Shown: positions 20,422 to 30,175, numbered from the stretch's first letter. The stretch is DNA of 64,000 bases from Runella sp. (GCA_023254175.1 JALQYJ010000101.1:9173-73172); one strand, 5' to 3'. The notes: generated by a model from the letters alone, not told the origin. Made by a program: numbers and translations.

Positions 20422-21807
20422 ATGATTGTTTTCATAAATAAAACAAAAATAACAGCCTTCAGGTGTTTGGCTGAGGTAGTTTTTGGAGCTGCTGCTCCCG
20501 TATTTGTTAGCTCTTTATTGCTTACCTCTTGTTTGATAAGTTCAACGGGATATGCTCAGAATCCCGCTCCTGCCAAGCCCCAAGCTAAACCGATGGCGCT
20601 AGTGGGTGGCACGGTTCATGTTGGAAATGGGACGGTGATTGAAAAGGGTGTCGTGGTGTTTGACAAAGGTGTATTGACTGCCGTAGGCGATGCAAGTACT
20701 ACTTTTGACAAATCGAAAACCGAAGTAGTGGACGTGACGGGCAAACACCTCTACCCAGGTCTCATTGCGATGGGCGCCACCACGGGTTTGGTTGAAATTA
20801 CGTCGGTACGAGCTACAGCCGATAACCAAGAGATTGGTACTTTAAACCCCAACGTTCGGGCGTTGATTGCCTACAATACCGACTCAGAAGTGATTCCTAC
20901 GCTTCGTAACAACGGCCTATTGCTTACTCAAGCTACTCCCCAAGGCGGAACCATTTCTGGTTCGTCGTCGGTGATGGAGTTGGACGGTTGGAACTGGGAA
21001 GATGCTGTGCTCAAAAAAGATGATGGACTTTGGCTAACGTGGCCTGAATTCTTTGCCCGTGAGTTTAACTTCGATGATTTTTCGGTAAATCTTCAACGCA
21101 ATACGCGTCGCCAAGAAGTGATTAACTTATTGACCCAGCTATTTTCCGATGCACGTGCGTATAGCGAAATCAAAAATCCCGCCATTACGAACCTCAAATT
21201 AGAGGCATTACGTGGTCTTTTTGACGGGCGCCAAAACCTCTACATTCGCGCCGACAACAGCAAAGACATCGTAGAGTCGGTGAAGTTTGCCAAACAGCAA
21301 GGTGTGAAGAAAATCATCATCATCGGAGCCGAAGATGCCTTGCGCGTGGCAGAGTTTTTGAAAGAAAATAACGTGGCCGTTGTTTTGGGTGAAACGCACC
21401 GTTTGCCTACGCGCCAAGACGAACCTGTGTACCAACCGTACCGTTTGCCTGCGCTGCTTCAAAAAGCGGGTGTAACGGTCGCTCTAAGCTATGGCGAAGC
21501 CTATTGGCGGACGCGTAACCTACCTTTTACGGCAGGTACGGCGGCTGGTTTTGGCGGAATTTCGTCGGAAGAAGCCTTAAAAATGATTACGTCAACGCCT
21601 GCTAAATTGTTAGGAATTGACAACGTTGTTGGTACCATCGAAAAAGGAAAATTGGCGACGTTGGTGGTATGTAAAGGCGATATTTTAGATATGCGTTCCA
21701 ACGGCATTGACCATGCGTTCATTCGAGGTCGCAAAATCGACCTCGACGACCGCCATAAACGCCAATACCGCAAGTACACCGATAAGTACGAAATAGGAGA
21801 AAAATAA
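20422..21807 (+). CDS. Secreted amidohydrolase-fold protein lacking metal ligands
   Basis: DVTGKHLYPGLIAMGAT (no DxHxH), EALKMITSTPAKLLG, GTIEKGKLA. Confidence 0.82.
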   Translation: MIVFINKTKITAFRCLAEVVFGAAAPVFVSSLLLTSCLISSTGYAQNPAPAKPQAKPMALVGGTVHVGNGTVIEKGVVVFDKGVLTAVGDASTTFDKSKTEVVDVTGKHLYPGLIAMGATTGLVEITSVRATADNQEIGTLNPNVRALIAYNTDSEVIPTLRNNGLLLTQATPQGGTISGSSSVMELDGWNWEDAVLKKDDGLWLTWPEFFAREFNFDDFSVNLQRNTRRQEVINLLTQLFSDARAYSEIKNPAITNLKLEALRGLFDGRQNLYIRADNSKDIVESVKFAKQQGVKKIIIIGAEDALRVAEFLKENNVAVVLGETHRLPTRQDEPVYQPYRLPALLQKAGVTVALSYGEAYWRTRNLPFTAGTAAGFGGISSEEALKMITSTPAKLLGIDNVVGTIEKGKLATLVVCKGDILDMRSNGIDHAFIRGRKIDLDDRHKRQYRKYTDKYEIGEK

Positions 21808-21810
21808 AAA

Positions 21811-21880
21811 GTGTCGAGTTTAGAGTACAGAGTGTCGAGTTTAAATATTCGACATTCTGCACTCTAAATTCGATATTCTA
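21811..21880. repeat. Ten-unit heptamer repeat forming a long inverted repeat
   Basis: GTGTCGA GTTTAGA GTACAGA GTGTCGA GTTTAAA followed by TATTCGA CATTCTG CACTCTA AATTCGA TATTCTA; 27-bp stem. Confidence 0.8.
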
Positions 21881-23308
21881 ATAAGTGACCCACGTATCTT
21901 TTCCACCGCCTCCTTGCGAAGAGTTAACGACGAGCGAGCCTTTGCGCAAGGCTACGCGCGTCAGTCCACCTGGGATAACGTTGATGCCGTCGCCGTACAA
22001 AATATAAGGGCGTAAGTCAACGTGGCGGCCTTCGGCGTGGTCGTCCAAGAAACAAGGCACGCGAGAAAGCGAAATCACGGGCTGAGCAATGTAATTGCGC
22101 GGATTTTCTTTGATTTTTTGGCGGAAAATCTCGTGTTCTTCTTTGGTCGCTTTCGGGCCAATCAACATCCCATAGCCACCCGCTTCATTGGCTTCTTTAA
22201 TAACTAGATTCTCTACGTTTTCGAGCACATATTTAAGGTCATCATCTTCGCGGCAGATGTAGGTGCGCACGTTTGGAATAATCGCATCTTGGTCGAGATA
22301 ATACTTAATAATGCGCGGCACATAGGCATAAATTACTTTGTCGTCGGCTACTCCTGTTCCTGGGGCATTGGCCAAGGCTACTCTTCCTTTTTTGTACACA
22401 TCAAAAATTCCTGGAATACCAAGCAAAGAGTGAGGATTGAACACCTGTGGGTCGAGGAAGGTGTCGTCGAGGCGGCGGTAAATCACATCCACAATTTCAA
22501 AACCCCGTGTAGTACGCATTTTTACATAGCCTCCCGAAACCACCAAGTCTCGGGCGTCAACGAGTTCAACCCCCATTTGTTGAGCCAAATACGAGTGCTC
22601 AAAATACGCAGAGTTATAAATCCCAGGCGTAAGTACTACGATGTTTGGGTCGGGGCGGTCCGCGATGAATTTCAACATCTCAAACAAGCGTGCAGGGTAG
22701 TCAGACACAGGCCGCACGCCCGTACGAGCGAGCACTTCGGGGAAAATCTGTTTAGAAAGTTCACGGTTTTCGAGCATGTACGAAACCCCTGATGGGCAGC
22801 GGAGGTTATCTTCTAGTACCATAAACTGACCATCATCGCCACGAATTAGGTCAGTGCCTGTGATGTGACACCAAATGCCTTTGGGAGGTTTTAAGCCTTT
22901 ACAAGCCTCCAAGTAGCACTTAGATGTTTCGATTAAATCGCGTGGAACAACGCCATCTTTTAGAATCTTTTGGTCGTTGTAAATATCGTCAATAAACAGG
23001 TTCAGCGCCGTAATGCGTTGAATTAGTCCCTTTTCCATGCGATTCCACTCGTCACCAGTCACCACCCTTGGTATGATATCCAAAGGCATAATACGCTCGG
23101 TTCCTTCACCTTCCGAATACACGTTGAACGTAATTCCCATCGACATCAATGCCCGTTCTGCCGTGTGTTGACGGTTGGCGAGTTCGGTATTGGTCAGTTG
23201 TTCTACTCGTTGCTTAAATGCTTCGTACCCAGGGCGCACTTTCCCGTCGGGCGTAAACATCTCATCGTAGAACTTTTCGGTTTCGTAGTTTTTGAATGAG
23301 AATTGCAT
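21878..23308 (-). CDS. Circularly permuted type 2 ATP-grasp protein
   Basis: GITFNVY, LEDNLRCPSGVSY, TPGIYNSAYFEH, VIYRRLDD, ANAPGTGVADDK, VDLRPY, VVNSSQGGGGKDTWV; start refined to 23308. Confidence 0.92.
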   Translation of the reverse strand: MQFSFKNYETEKFYDEMFTPDGKVRPGYEAFKQRVEQLTNTELANRQHTAERALMSMGITFNVYSEGEGTERIMPLDIIPRVVTGDEWNRMEKGLIQRITALNLFIDDIYNDQKILKDGVVPRDLIETSKCYLEACKGLKPPKGIWCHITGTDLIRGDDGQFMVLEDNLRCPSGVSYMLENRELSKQIFPEVLARTGVRPVSDYPARLFEMLKFIADRPDPNIVVLTPGIYNSAYFEHSYLAQQMGVELVDARDLVVSGGYVKMRTTRGFEIVDVIYRRLDDTFLDPQVFNPHSLLGIPGIFDVYKKGRVALANAPGTGVADDKVIYAYVPRIIKYYLDQDAIIPNVRTYICREDDDLKYVLENVENLVIKEANEAGGYGMLIGPKATKEEHEIFRQKIKENPRNYIAQPVISLSRVPCFLDDHAEGRHVDLRPYILYGDGINVIPGGLTRVALRKGSLVVNSSQGGGGKDTWVTY

Positions 23309-23536
23309 AATTGTTAAAAATCGTTGGTGAGTTATTTGTTTTACCGAACAAGATATGGATAAACTCCCCATTTTACCAAATTTTATGTTGTATTTTGTTG
23401 ATATGCTTTAACATTACTGCACAGGTTTTTGAATTTATTGGATTATGCCGTACTTTATGTAGTATTTTCCCATTATGCTTTTGCTTTAGGCAAGTATAGA
23501 ATTACTTTTACAAGACTTATTTTTACCACTGTTAAG

Positions 23537-25078
23537 ATGCCGAAACGTTTTTGGATGATTGTTGCTGGATTGCTTATTGGTGTTCATAGCCAAGCACAAT
23601 ACTGGCTCGGTGTTTCTTCGAGCAACTACGCAGGAACCAATTCACTTTTCCTAAATCCAGCTCACGCAGCTGATTCGCGATACAAGTTGTACATCAATTT
23701 GGTGGGAAATGATATTTATTTAATGAATAACTATATCCGTTGGGGCGCACCCTATTCAATTTTTGGAATCATGACTAATACCGTTCCGAAAAAACACCGT
23801 AGCGCGCGTGGGGCAATAATTTGGCAAGAAGAATATTATCGAGAACGCCTTAATGGTGAGCGGAAGCACTTGCACACAGGTGGAGATTTACGCGGCCCTT
23901 CTCTTCTTTATTCTTTCAAGAACAATCGGTTTGCGATTGGGCTTACGAGCCGTGGTAGGTATGCCCTAAGTCTAACGGATGTTGAGCAAACAACAGCGCG
24001 CGTGATTCGCTTTGGAACAGATAATAAAGAACTTCAAGACCAAGATTTTCGTAGCCAACAAGCCAAACTCAATACCAATGGTTTTTTAGAAATGGGGGCT
24101 ACCTTTGGAGCGGTAGTTGCTGACTATGACGAACACTTTTTGAAAGTAGGTGCAACTGTCAAGCGCTTGGTGGGAGTCTACAATGTTCACGCTGATTTGC
24201 GAAACGCTGACTATCGAATATGGGTGGAGAGTTTGAATAGGGATAGAGAGTTTATTGTTGTTCAAAATCTTGATGCAACCTATGGCTATACCACGGGGGA
24301 CGCTTTTGATAACATAAGGCTTAATCCTAAATTTTTGTTTGGCAAAGCGTCAGCGGGAGGAAGCTGGGGTGGAGACTTAGGAGTGGTGTACGAGTATCGA
24401 CCTGATTTCGATGCCTATACACGCAAAGTTCCCAAGCTAGGTAAAGAACCCGATCCAAACAAGAACAAGTATAAATATAGGATTTCGGCAGCGATTACGG
24501 ATATTGGGCGGTTAAACTACAAAAATATAAATTACATCAGAGAGATAGACGTCCAAAAAGCAAGGGACGAATTTTCTTATACCGAATTTGATAGAGCTAA
24601 TACAACTTCTAAGGCATTAGCAGCTCTTAATAAATCATTATTAGTCAACCCGGATAACTTTCCTCGTACTTTTAAAGTAGGGCTTCCGTTGGCAGCTAAT
24701 GTTAGTTTTGATTATCATCACAGCGGCCCTTGGTACGTAAACGCCACTTGGATACAAGGATTGAGAGGGGGAAATTATATGGATATCAAACCTCTGTCGG
24801 TCTTGGCAGTAACCCCTAGATTCGAAACGCGTTGGGTTGAATTTTCTACTCCATTGAGCTTATATGATAATTATCGAGCTCTTTCAATAGGATTGGCAGC
24901 GCGGCTTGGTCCACTAATCGTGGGAACAGACCATATGACAGGGCTATTTGGGCTTGGAAATCCCCAAGGAGCTAATTTATATTTTGGGCTTTATGTACCT
25001 TTCATTCACCGAAAGCCAAGTGAATCTATTAAATGCTGGTTCCCTCCCTATGAGAAAACTATGAAAAGAAAACGCTGA
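23537..25078 (+). CDS. DUF5723-family outer-membrane beta-barrel protein
   Basis: Signal peptide, SNYAGTNSLFLNPA, GGDLGVVYEY, LAVTPRFE, RLGPLIVGTD; start refined to 23537. Confidence 0.75.
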   Translation: MPKRFWMIVAGLLIGVHSQAQYWLGVSSSNYAGTNSLFLNPAHAADSRYKLYINLVGNDIYLMNNYIRWGAPYSIFGIMTNTVPKKHRSARGAIIWQEEYYRERLNGERKHLHTGGDLRGPSLLYSFKNNRFAIGLTSRGRYALSLTDVEQTTARVIRFGTDNKELQDQDFRSQQAKLNTNGFLEMGATFGAVVADYDEHFLKVGATVKRLVGVYNVHADLRNADYRIWVESLNRDREFIVVQNLDATYGYTTGDAFDNIRLNPKFLFGKASAGGSWGGDLGVVYEYRPDFDAYTRKVPKLGKEPDPNKNKYKYRISAAITDIGRLNYKNINYIREIDVQKARDEFSYTEFDRANTTSKALAALNKSLLVNPDNFPRTFKVGLPLAANVSFDYHHSGPWYVNATWIQGLRGGNYMDIKPLSVLAVTPRFETRWVEFSTPLSLYDNYRALSIGLAARLGPLIVGTDHMTGLFGLGNPQGANLYFGLYVPFIHRKPSESIKCWFPPYEKTMKRKR

Positions 25079-25086
25079 TTAACTAC

Positions 25087-25317
25087 ATGCAGGCTTACGT
25101 AACTGCTGATTATTCTTCAGAAGGAATCGCAACGATTGCCTTTTTTCATCCTGCGCAAAACTCAATACCAAGTGCGTTTTTAAAACGTTTGGCTATTACC
25201 ATTTCGGAAGCAGGGGAAGACGAACGTACTAAAGTAATTATAACGTTGGCTCTTCAGTTAGTTGGCAATACAATCAATCGGAACATACACGAGCCCATTG
25301 CTAAATTTAAGGCTTAA
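25087..25317 (+). pseudogene. Internally deleted enoyl-CoA hydratase/isomerase remnant
   Basis: N-terminus GIATIAFFHPAQNSIP...AGEDERTKVII joins almost directly to C-terminal SEHTRA/IAKFKA* (across a frameshift); the central crotonase core is absent. Confidence 0.65.
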
Positions 25318-26576
25318 TAATCGTACCAATCCCCCCACCATTTTTGCAGGCTTTTTCGAATTTCGTTTTCGCGGGCATTTTGGCCTGGTTTGTACAATTT
25401 TGTGCCCTTGAGTTCGTCGGGAAAAAAGTCCAAAGGGGTAAAATTGCCTTCGTAATTATGCGCGTATTTGTAATTTTTGCCATAGCCAATTTCTTTCATC
25501 AATTTCGTGGGAGCGTTTCGAAGATGTAACGGGACAGGCAAATGCGCTGTTTTTTCGGCCAATTCCAAGGCTTCGTTAATGGCCACGTAACTAGCGTTAC
25601 TTTTAGGAGAAGTAGCCAAATACACTACCACTTGCGACAAAATAATCCGTGATTCGGGAAAGCCAACGGTTTGTACAGCCTGAACGCAGGCATTGGCCAT
25701 AATCATGGCGGTGGGGTTGGCGTTTCCGATGTCTTCTGAAGCCAAAATTAACATTCGTCGCGCAATAAACTCAGGCTCTTCTCCCGCATGAATCATACGG
25801 GCCATCCAGTACAGCGCCGCGTTGGGGTCGCTGCCGCGCATGGATTTGATGAACGCCGAAATAATATCATAGTGCTGTTCGCCTGACTTATCGTACCGTG
25901 CAAAATTGTGTTGTGCTACCTCCGTTACGGTATCGTCGTTAATGACGATGGGGTTTTCGTGAAAATGGGCATTGACCACCAATTCTAACAAATTAAGGAG
26001 CTTACGGCCGTCTCCGCCCGACAAACGAAGCAGGGCGTCGTAGGAGTTAAATTGGATGGTTTTGGTTTTTAATATTTCATCCTTTTCGGCAGCTTGGTGT
26101 AGCATTTTAATGAGTTCTTCTTGCCCCAGTCCTTCTAAAATATAGACCTGACAACGCGACAACAAGGCAGAGTTGATTTCAAACGATGGGTTTTCGGTCG
26201 TGGCACCAATGAGCGTAATTTGGCCTTTTTCTACCGCCCCGAGCAACGCGTCTTGCTGACTTTTGTTGTAACGGTGAATTTCATCAATAAAAACAATAGG
26301 AGGAAACAACCCCGATGGTCTTGCCAATACTTCGCGCAGCTCTTTTACCCCCGAACTGATTGCACTGAGGGAATGACAAACCCGCTTGGTGGTTTCGGCA
26401 ATGAGCAATGCTAATGTTGTTTTGCCCACTCCTGGTGGCCCCCACAGAATCATGGAAGGAATAAGGTTGTTTTCGAGGGCTCGTTTTAAGGCACCGTTGC
26501 GACCTAAAAGTCGAGGTTGACCAATAAAATCCTCAAGGGTGCGCGGGCGCATACGTTCAGGCAGGGGTGCTGGCAT
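25314..26576 (-). CDS. rarA: Replication-associated recombination protein A
   Basis: LPERMRP, GPPGVGKT, DEIHR, TTENP, SAFIKSMRGSD, ASEDIGNA, VPLHLRNAPT. Confidence 0.95.
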   Translation of the reverse strand: MPAPLPERMRPRTLEDFIGQPRLLGRNGALKRALENNLIPSMILWGPPGVGKTTLALLIAETTKRVCHSLSAISSGVKELREVLARPSGLFPPIVFIDEIHRYNKSQQDALLGAVEKGQITLIGATTENPSFEINSALLSRCQVYILEGLGQEELIKMLHQAAEKDEILKTKTIQFNSYDALLRLSGGDGRKLLNLLELVVNAHFHENPIVINDDTVTEVAQHNFARYDKSGEQHYDIISAFIKSMRGSDPNAALYWMARMIHAGEEPEFIARRMLILASEDIGNANPTAMIMANACVQAVQTVGFPESRIILSQVVVYLATSPKSNASYVAINEALELAEKTAHLPVPLHLRNAPTKLMKEIGYGKNYKYAHNYEGNFTPLDFFPDELKGTKLYKPGQNARENEIRKSLQKWWGDWYDY

Positions 26577-26596
26577 GGTTGCTGTTATTAGTGGGG

Positions 26597-26604
26597 CAAA
26601 AATA
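26597..26604 (-). promoter_or_regulatory. -7 promoter box upstream of rarA
   Basis: Minus strand reads TATTTTTG, 20 nt before the ATG. Confidence 0.45.
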
Positions 26605-26698
26605 CAAACCTTTGGGCCTTTTCGCGCAGTTTTCCTTTTTTAGTATTCCCAAAATAGTTTCTTAGACGTATCTTTGGAAATATAACTTTATCTGTTTT

Positions 26699-27217
26699 AT
26701 GGCGCATTTTAGAATTGCTACTACCAACGATATTCAGACAATTGCTCACCTTCATGCGGCGAGTTGGAAAATTACGTACCGAGGCATGTTGTCGGACGAT
26801 TATCTTGATAATCATGTAACAGCCGACCGAATTAAGGTTTGGACTGAACGTATTGAGAACCCTGCCGAAAATCAACACATCATTTTGTGTGTGGATGAGC
26901 AAGACAAAGCGATGGGGTTTGTGTGTGCTTATGGTAGCTCAACCGACCCTTTTGGTACATTCATAGATAATTTACACGCAGCGCCTGAGTTAAAGGGAAG
27001 AGGGGTTGGAAGGAAGTTAATGCGAAAAGTCTATGAGTGGAGCCTCGAAGCGTACAATCAGCCGAAACTTTATCTCAAGGTACTGGAAGATAACTATCCA
27101 GCACGAGGTTTTTATGAAAAAGTAGGAGGCGTAAACCAAGCGACGCTTACTGAAGTAATGCCAGGAGGAAACGTAGTGAATGCGTGTCGTTTTGTGTGGG
27201 AAAAGTTTGAATTTTAA
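26699..27217 (+). CDS. GNAT family N-acetyltransferase
   Basis: IDNLHAAPELKGRGVGRKL, N.PARGFYEKVGG. Confidence 0.88.
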   Translation: MAHFRIATTNDIQTIAHLHAASWKITYRGMLSDDYLDNHVTADRIKVWTERIENPAENQHIILCVDEQDKAMGFVCAYGSSTDPFGTFIDNLHAAPELKGRGVGRKLMRKVYEWSLEAYNQPKLYLKVLEDNYPARGFYEKVGGVNQATLTEVMPGGNVVNACRFVWEKFEF

Positions 27218-27218
27218 T

Positions 27219-27246
27219 AAAAAAAGCCCGCAACTAAGTTGCGGGC
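27219..27246 (-). terminator. Intrinsic terminator of the ECF sigma gene
   Basis: GCCCGCAAC-taa-GTTGCGGGC with an A7 run on its left (U-tract on the minus strand). Confidence 0.8.
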
Positions 27247-27280
27247 GAAGAGTTAAGGCGTCGAAATAGGGCTATATTCG

Positions 27281-27862
27281 TTAAACAATTACGTGCTCGG
27301 CCGATAATTGTTTTTTCATGCTTGTCAAAGCACCAAAAACTAAGTTGTACACTGATTGGATGTTGATTTTCATGAAGTTTGAAATTTCTTCATTAGTCAT
27401 ATTGACATAAAACTTCAAGAAAATAGCCTCGCGCTGACGGCGTGGTAAGCGCTCCATCGCTTCATTGAGGTTGCGGTTGGTTTGTAAATACTCTTCTTGA
27501 GCGATTACGTACGACTCCGCCGAAGCAGTGTAAAGATGGTGATACTCTAAAGGAATTTCTTCACTGCTCGTATTTTTTTGTTGAGCATTGAGATGGCGAA
27601 CCAATTTACGTTTAATCGAGGCCATCAAATAATAACGAACCGATGTGGTATCACCAAGTGTGTGACGATGCTGCCAAAGTTCTACAAACAAATCGTGAAT
27701 ACAATCTTTAATTAAAGCTTTGTCGGCGCTAAATTGTGTACAGTAGTTGTACAAAAGTTGAACGTAACATTGATAAAGTTTTGCAAACGCTGCCTCGTCG
27801 TCTTGACGAAACTGATTCCAAAGAGTTACCTCTTCTTGAGTAGTTAGATGAAACCGGGGCAT
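27281..27862 (-). CDS. ECF RNA polymerase sigma-70 factor
   Basis: AFAKLY, DCIHDLFVELW (region 2), LPRRQREAIFLKFY..EEIS (region 4). Confidence 0.92.
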   Translation of the reverse strand: MPRFHLTTQEEVTLWNQFRQDDEAAFAKLYQCYVQLLYNYCTQFSADKALIKDCIHDLFVELWQHRHTLGDTTSVRYYLMASIKRKLVRHLNAQQKNTSSEEIPLEYHHLYTASAESYVIAQEEYLQTNRNLNEAMERLPRRQREAIFLKFYVNMTNEEISNFMKINIQSVYNLVFGALTSMKKQLSAEHVIV

Positions 27863-27955
27863 TTGGGTGAAGGGGTTTGGGGTTTAGAAACAATCACAGC
27901 TCAAATGTAATTTTCTTTATATTAAGTTGCAAAATAAAAAGTGTTTTTTTTACAT

Positions 27956-29602
27956 TTAATTTTCGGAATATAATTTGGTGAACTGAAACGATTGCCCATC
28001 GAATAGTCCTAAATCACTCATTTTCAGCGAAGGAATTACAAGCAGACCCATAAATGATAATGTCATAAAAGGTGAAGAAAGCGTTGAATTTAATGTTTTC
28101 TTGACAAAGTTGTCAATTGCTGTGTATTGGTTTGCGACTTCGTATCCGTCTCTATCCGACATTAATCCTGCAATGGGTAAAGGTAAAATATGGGCGTTTT
28201 TAGCATTGTCTACAGTACTGACGCCGCCTTGGGCTTCAATGACTAGATTGATGGCTTTGGCCAAACTTTCATCGTCGCAGCCTACCGCAATGATGTTATG
28301 CGAATCGTGTGCTACTGACGAAGCCAATGCCCCTTGGGTAAGTCCAAAATTCTTGATAAAACCTAGGGCAATAGGGGCAGGTTGATAACGATTCACGACG
28401 GCAATTTTTAGAATATCCCGCTCGGTATCAGAAACAATATATCCGGCTTCGATACGCGCAGACATTTCTATAAGATGGGTAATTAATTGCCCATCAAGAG
28501 CTTCTATTACATTTATAGTTAGGTGGTTGCTTGGAGCTTTTATCGCCAGTTCGTTGGGCTGGCAATGGTTGCAGTCGAACTGATTTACCAGTGGACTTCG
28601 TAAATCTGGAAGTAAAGAAGTGCCTCGGTCGGCTAATTTTTCTCCATTGATGTAGGTTTCGAGAATGGTGAAATTTTCTAGGTTGTCTATAATGATAAAA
28701 TCGGCGGCATCACCTTCACGAAGCAGTCCCACGGGTAAACGATAATGCAAAACTGGATTGACACACGCAGCCTGTAAAATGTCGAAAAGTTTGTAGCCTT
28801 TGGCTAATGCGCGCTTTACGAGTTGGTTGATATGCCCATCCACCAGGTCATTGGGATGTTTGTCGTCCGAGCAAAACATGAGGCGGGAAGAATACTGCGC
28901 CATTAACGGAATAAGCGCTTCGAAGTTTTTGGCGGCACTACCTTCCCGAATCAAGACGTATTCGAGTCCGAGTTGAATTTTTTCAAATGCCTCTTCGTAC
29001 GTAAAACATTCGTGGTCGGTAGTGATGCCTGTTTCAATGTACTTTTTGGCGGCATCTCCCCGAAGCCCGGGGGCATGTCCGTCGATAGGTTTGTTGAAGG
29101 CATTGGCCCACTGAATTTTCATCATCACTTCGGGGTCTTCGTTAAGAACTCCTGGAAAATTCATCATTTCCGCTAAATAGCCAATTTCCTTTAAGGCCAG
29201 TAACTGCCGAACTTCTTTGACGGAAATGGCGGCTCCTGCGGTTTCGAAAGTAGTAGCGGGTACGCACGAGGGCGCTCCAAAGCAAAACTTAAACGGTACT
29301 CTTCGACTGTCTTCAATCATGTATTCGACGCCTTTTACACCCAGCACATTCCCAATTTCGTGTGGGTCTGAGACGGTTCCGACTGTTCCGTGTACTACTG
29401 CCAAACGGGCAAATTGGGCAGGGGTAAGCATGGAGCTTTCAATGTGGACGTGCGAGTCAATAAAACCAGGCAAGATGTATGGTGAACCTACTTTTTCCTC
29501 TCCCAGAATTGAAATGTTGACGATTCGAGTGTCTTCCACTTCGATTTCGGCGTAAGAAATAATGTGATCAAACACATTGAGGAGGTTGGCAGTAAGTAAC
29601 AT
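27956..29602 (-). CDS. ade: Adenine deaminase
   Basis: DSHVHIESSM, DPHEIGNV, EMMNFPG, DGHAPG, TDHE, SDDKHP, SSVAHDSHN. Confidence 0.95.
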   Translation of the reverse strand: MLLTANLLNVFDHIISYAEIEVEDTRIVNISILGEEKVGSPYILPGFIDSHVHIESSMLTPAQFARLAVVHGTVGTVSDPHEIGNVLGVKGVEYMIEDSRRVPFKFCFGAPSCVPATTFETAGAAISVKEVRQLLALKEIGYLAEMMNFPGVLNEDPEVMMKIQWANAFNKPIDGHAPGLRGDAAKKYIETGITTDHECFTYEEAFEKIQLGLEYVLIREGSAAKNFEALIPLMAQYSSRLMFCSDDKHPNDLVDGHINQLVKRALAKGYKLFDILQAACVNPVLHYRLPVGLLREGDAADFIIIDNLENFTILETYINGEKLADRGTSLLPDLRSPLVNQFDCNHCQPNELAIKAPSNHLTINVIEALDGQLITHLIEMSARIEAGYIVSDTERDILKIAVVNRYQPAPIALGFIKNFGLTQGALASSVAHDSHNIIAVGCDDESLAKAINLVIEAQGGVSTVDNAKNAHILPLPIAGLMSDRDGYEVANQYTAIDNFVKKTLNSTLSSPFMTLSFMGLLVIPSLKMSDLGLFDGQSFQFTKLYSEN

Positions 29603-29741
29603 GGGAGCTCGTAAAGGTTAATAGTTTGGCTAAAGGGAGACAATGCTTTTGTGAATTGTTGTTAGAAACTCCTAACTTTTCGGCCAAAGAGTGCTAAAAT
29701 TAGATTTTTCACTAAAAGAAATCAATTTTTTTAACATTTTC

Positions 29742-30077
29742 ATGAAAAAACGATGGCGTTTACCTATGATTTTGGTGCATGTTCCCTTTCTTTGGGTAGG
29801 TGGATTGACGTTTTTTCCGTGGGTCTTTTTTAAGAAACAAAATCCTCCTGCGTGGCTCATCAACCACGAGCGTATTCACTTGCGGCAACAAGCGGAGACG
29901 GGGCTGATTCTTTTTTATGCTTGGTACTTTTTGGAATACCTGCTGCGTCTTATCGTTTATCGCCAACGCTACCGAGCCTATCGAAACATTTGTTTTGAAC
30001 GTGAGGCGTATTCTAATGACCAGAATTTGAGCTACCTAAAAACTCGAAAAGCGTGGACGTTTTGGAAATATTTATGA
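29742..30077 (+). CDS. Small membrane protein with an HExxH motif
   Basis: LINHERIHLRQQ, hydrophobic segment, FEREAY; start refined to 29742. Confidence 0.7.
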   Translation: MKKRWRLPMILVHVPFLWVGGLTFFPWVFFKKQNPPAWLINHERIHLRQQAETGLILFYAWYFLEYLLRLIVYRQRYRAYRNICFEREAYSNDQNLSYLKTRKAWTFWKYL

Positions 30078-30175
30078 TTTACTTATTGCCAAAATGCTCT
30101 ATTTATTGATTCAGTATGAGTAATTTTGCGGCTTAATCAATCACCCTCTGTTTCCTTAAATCGCTTTGCTTATCG

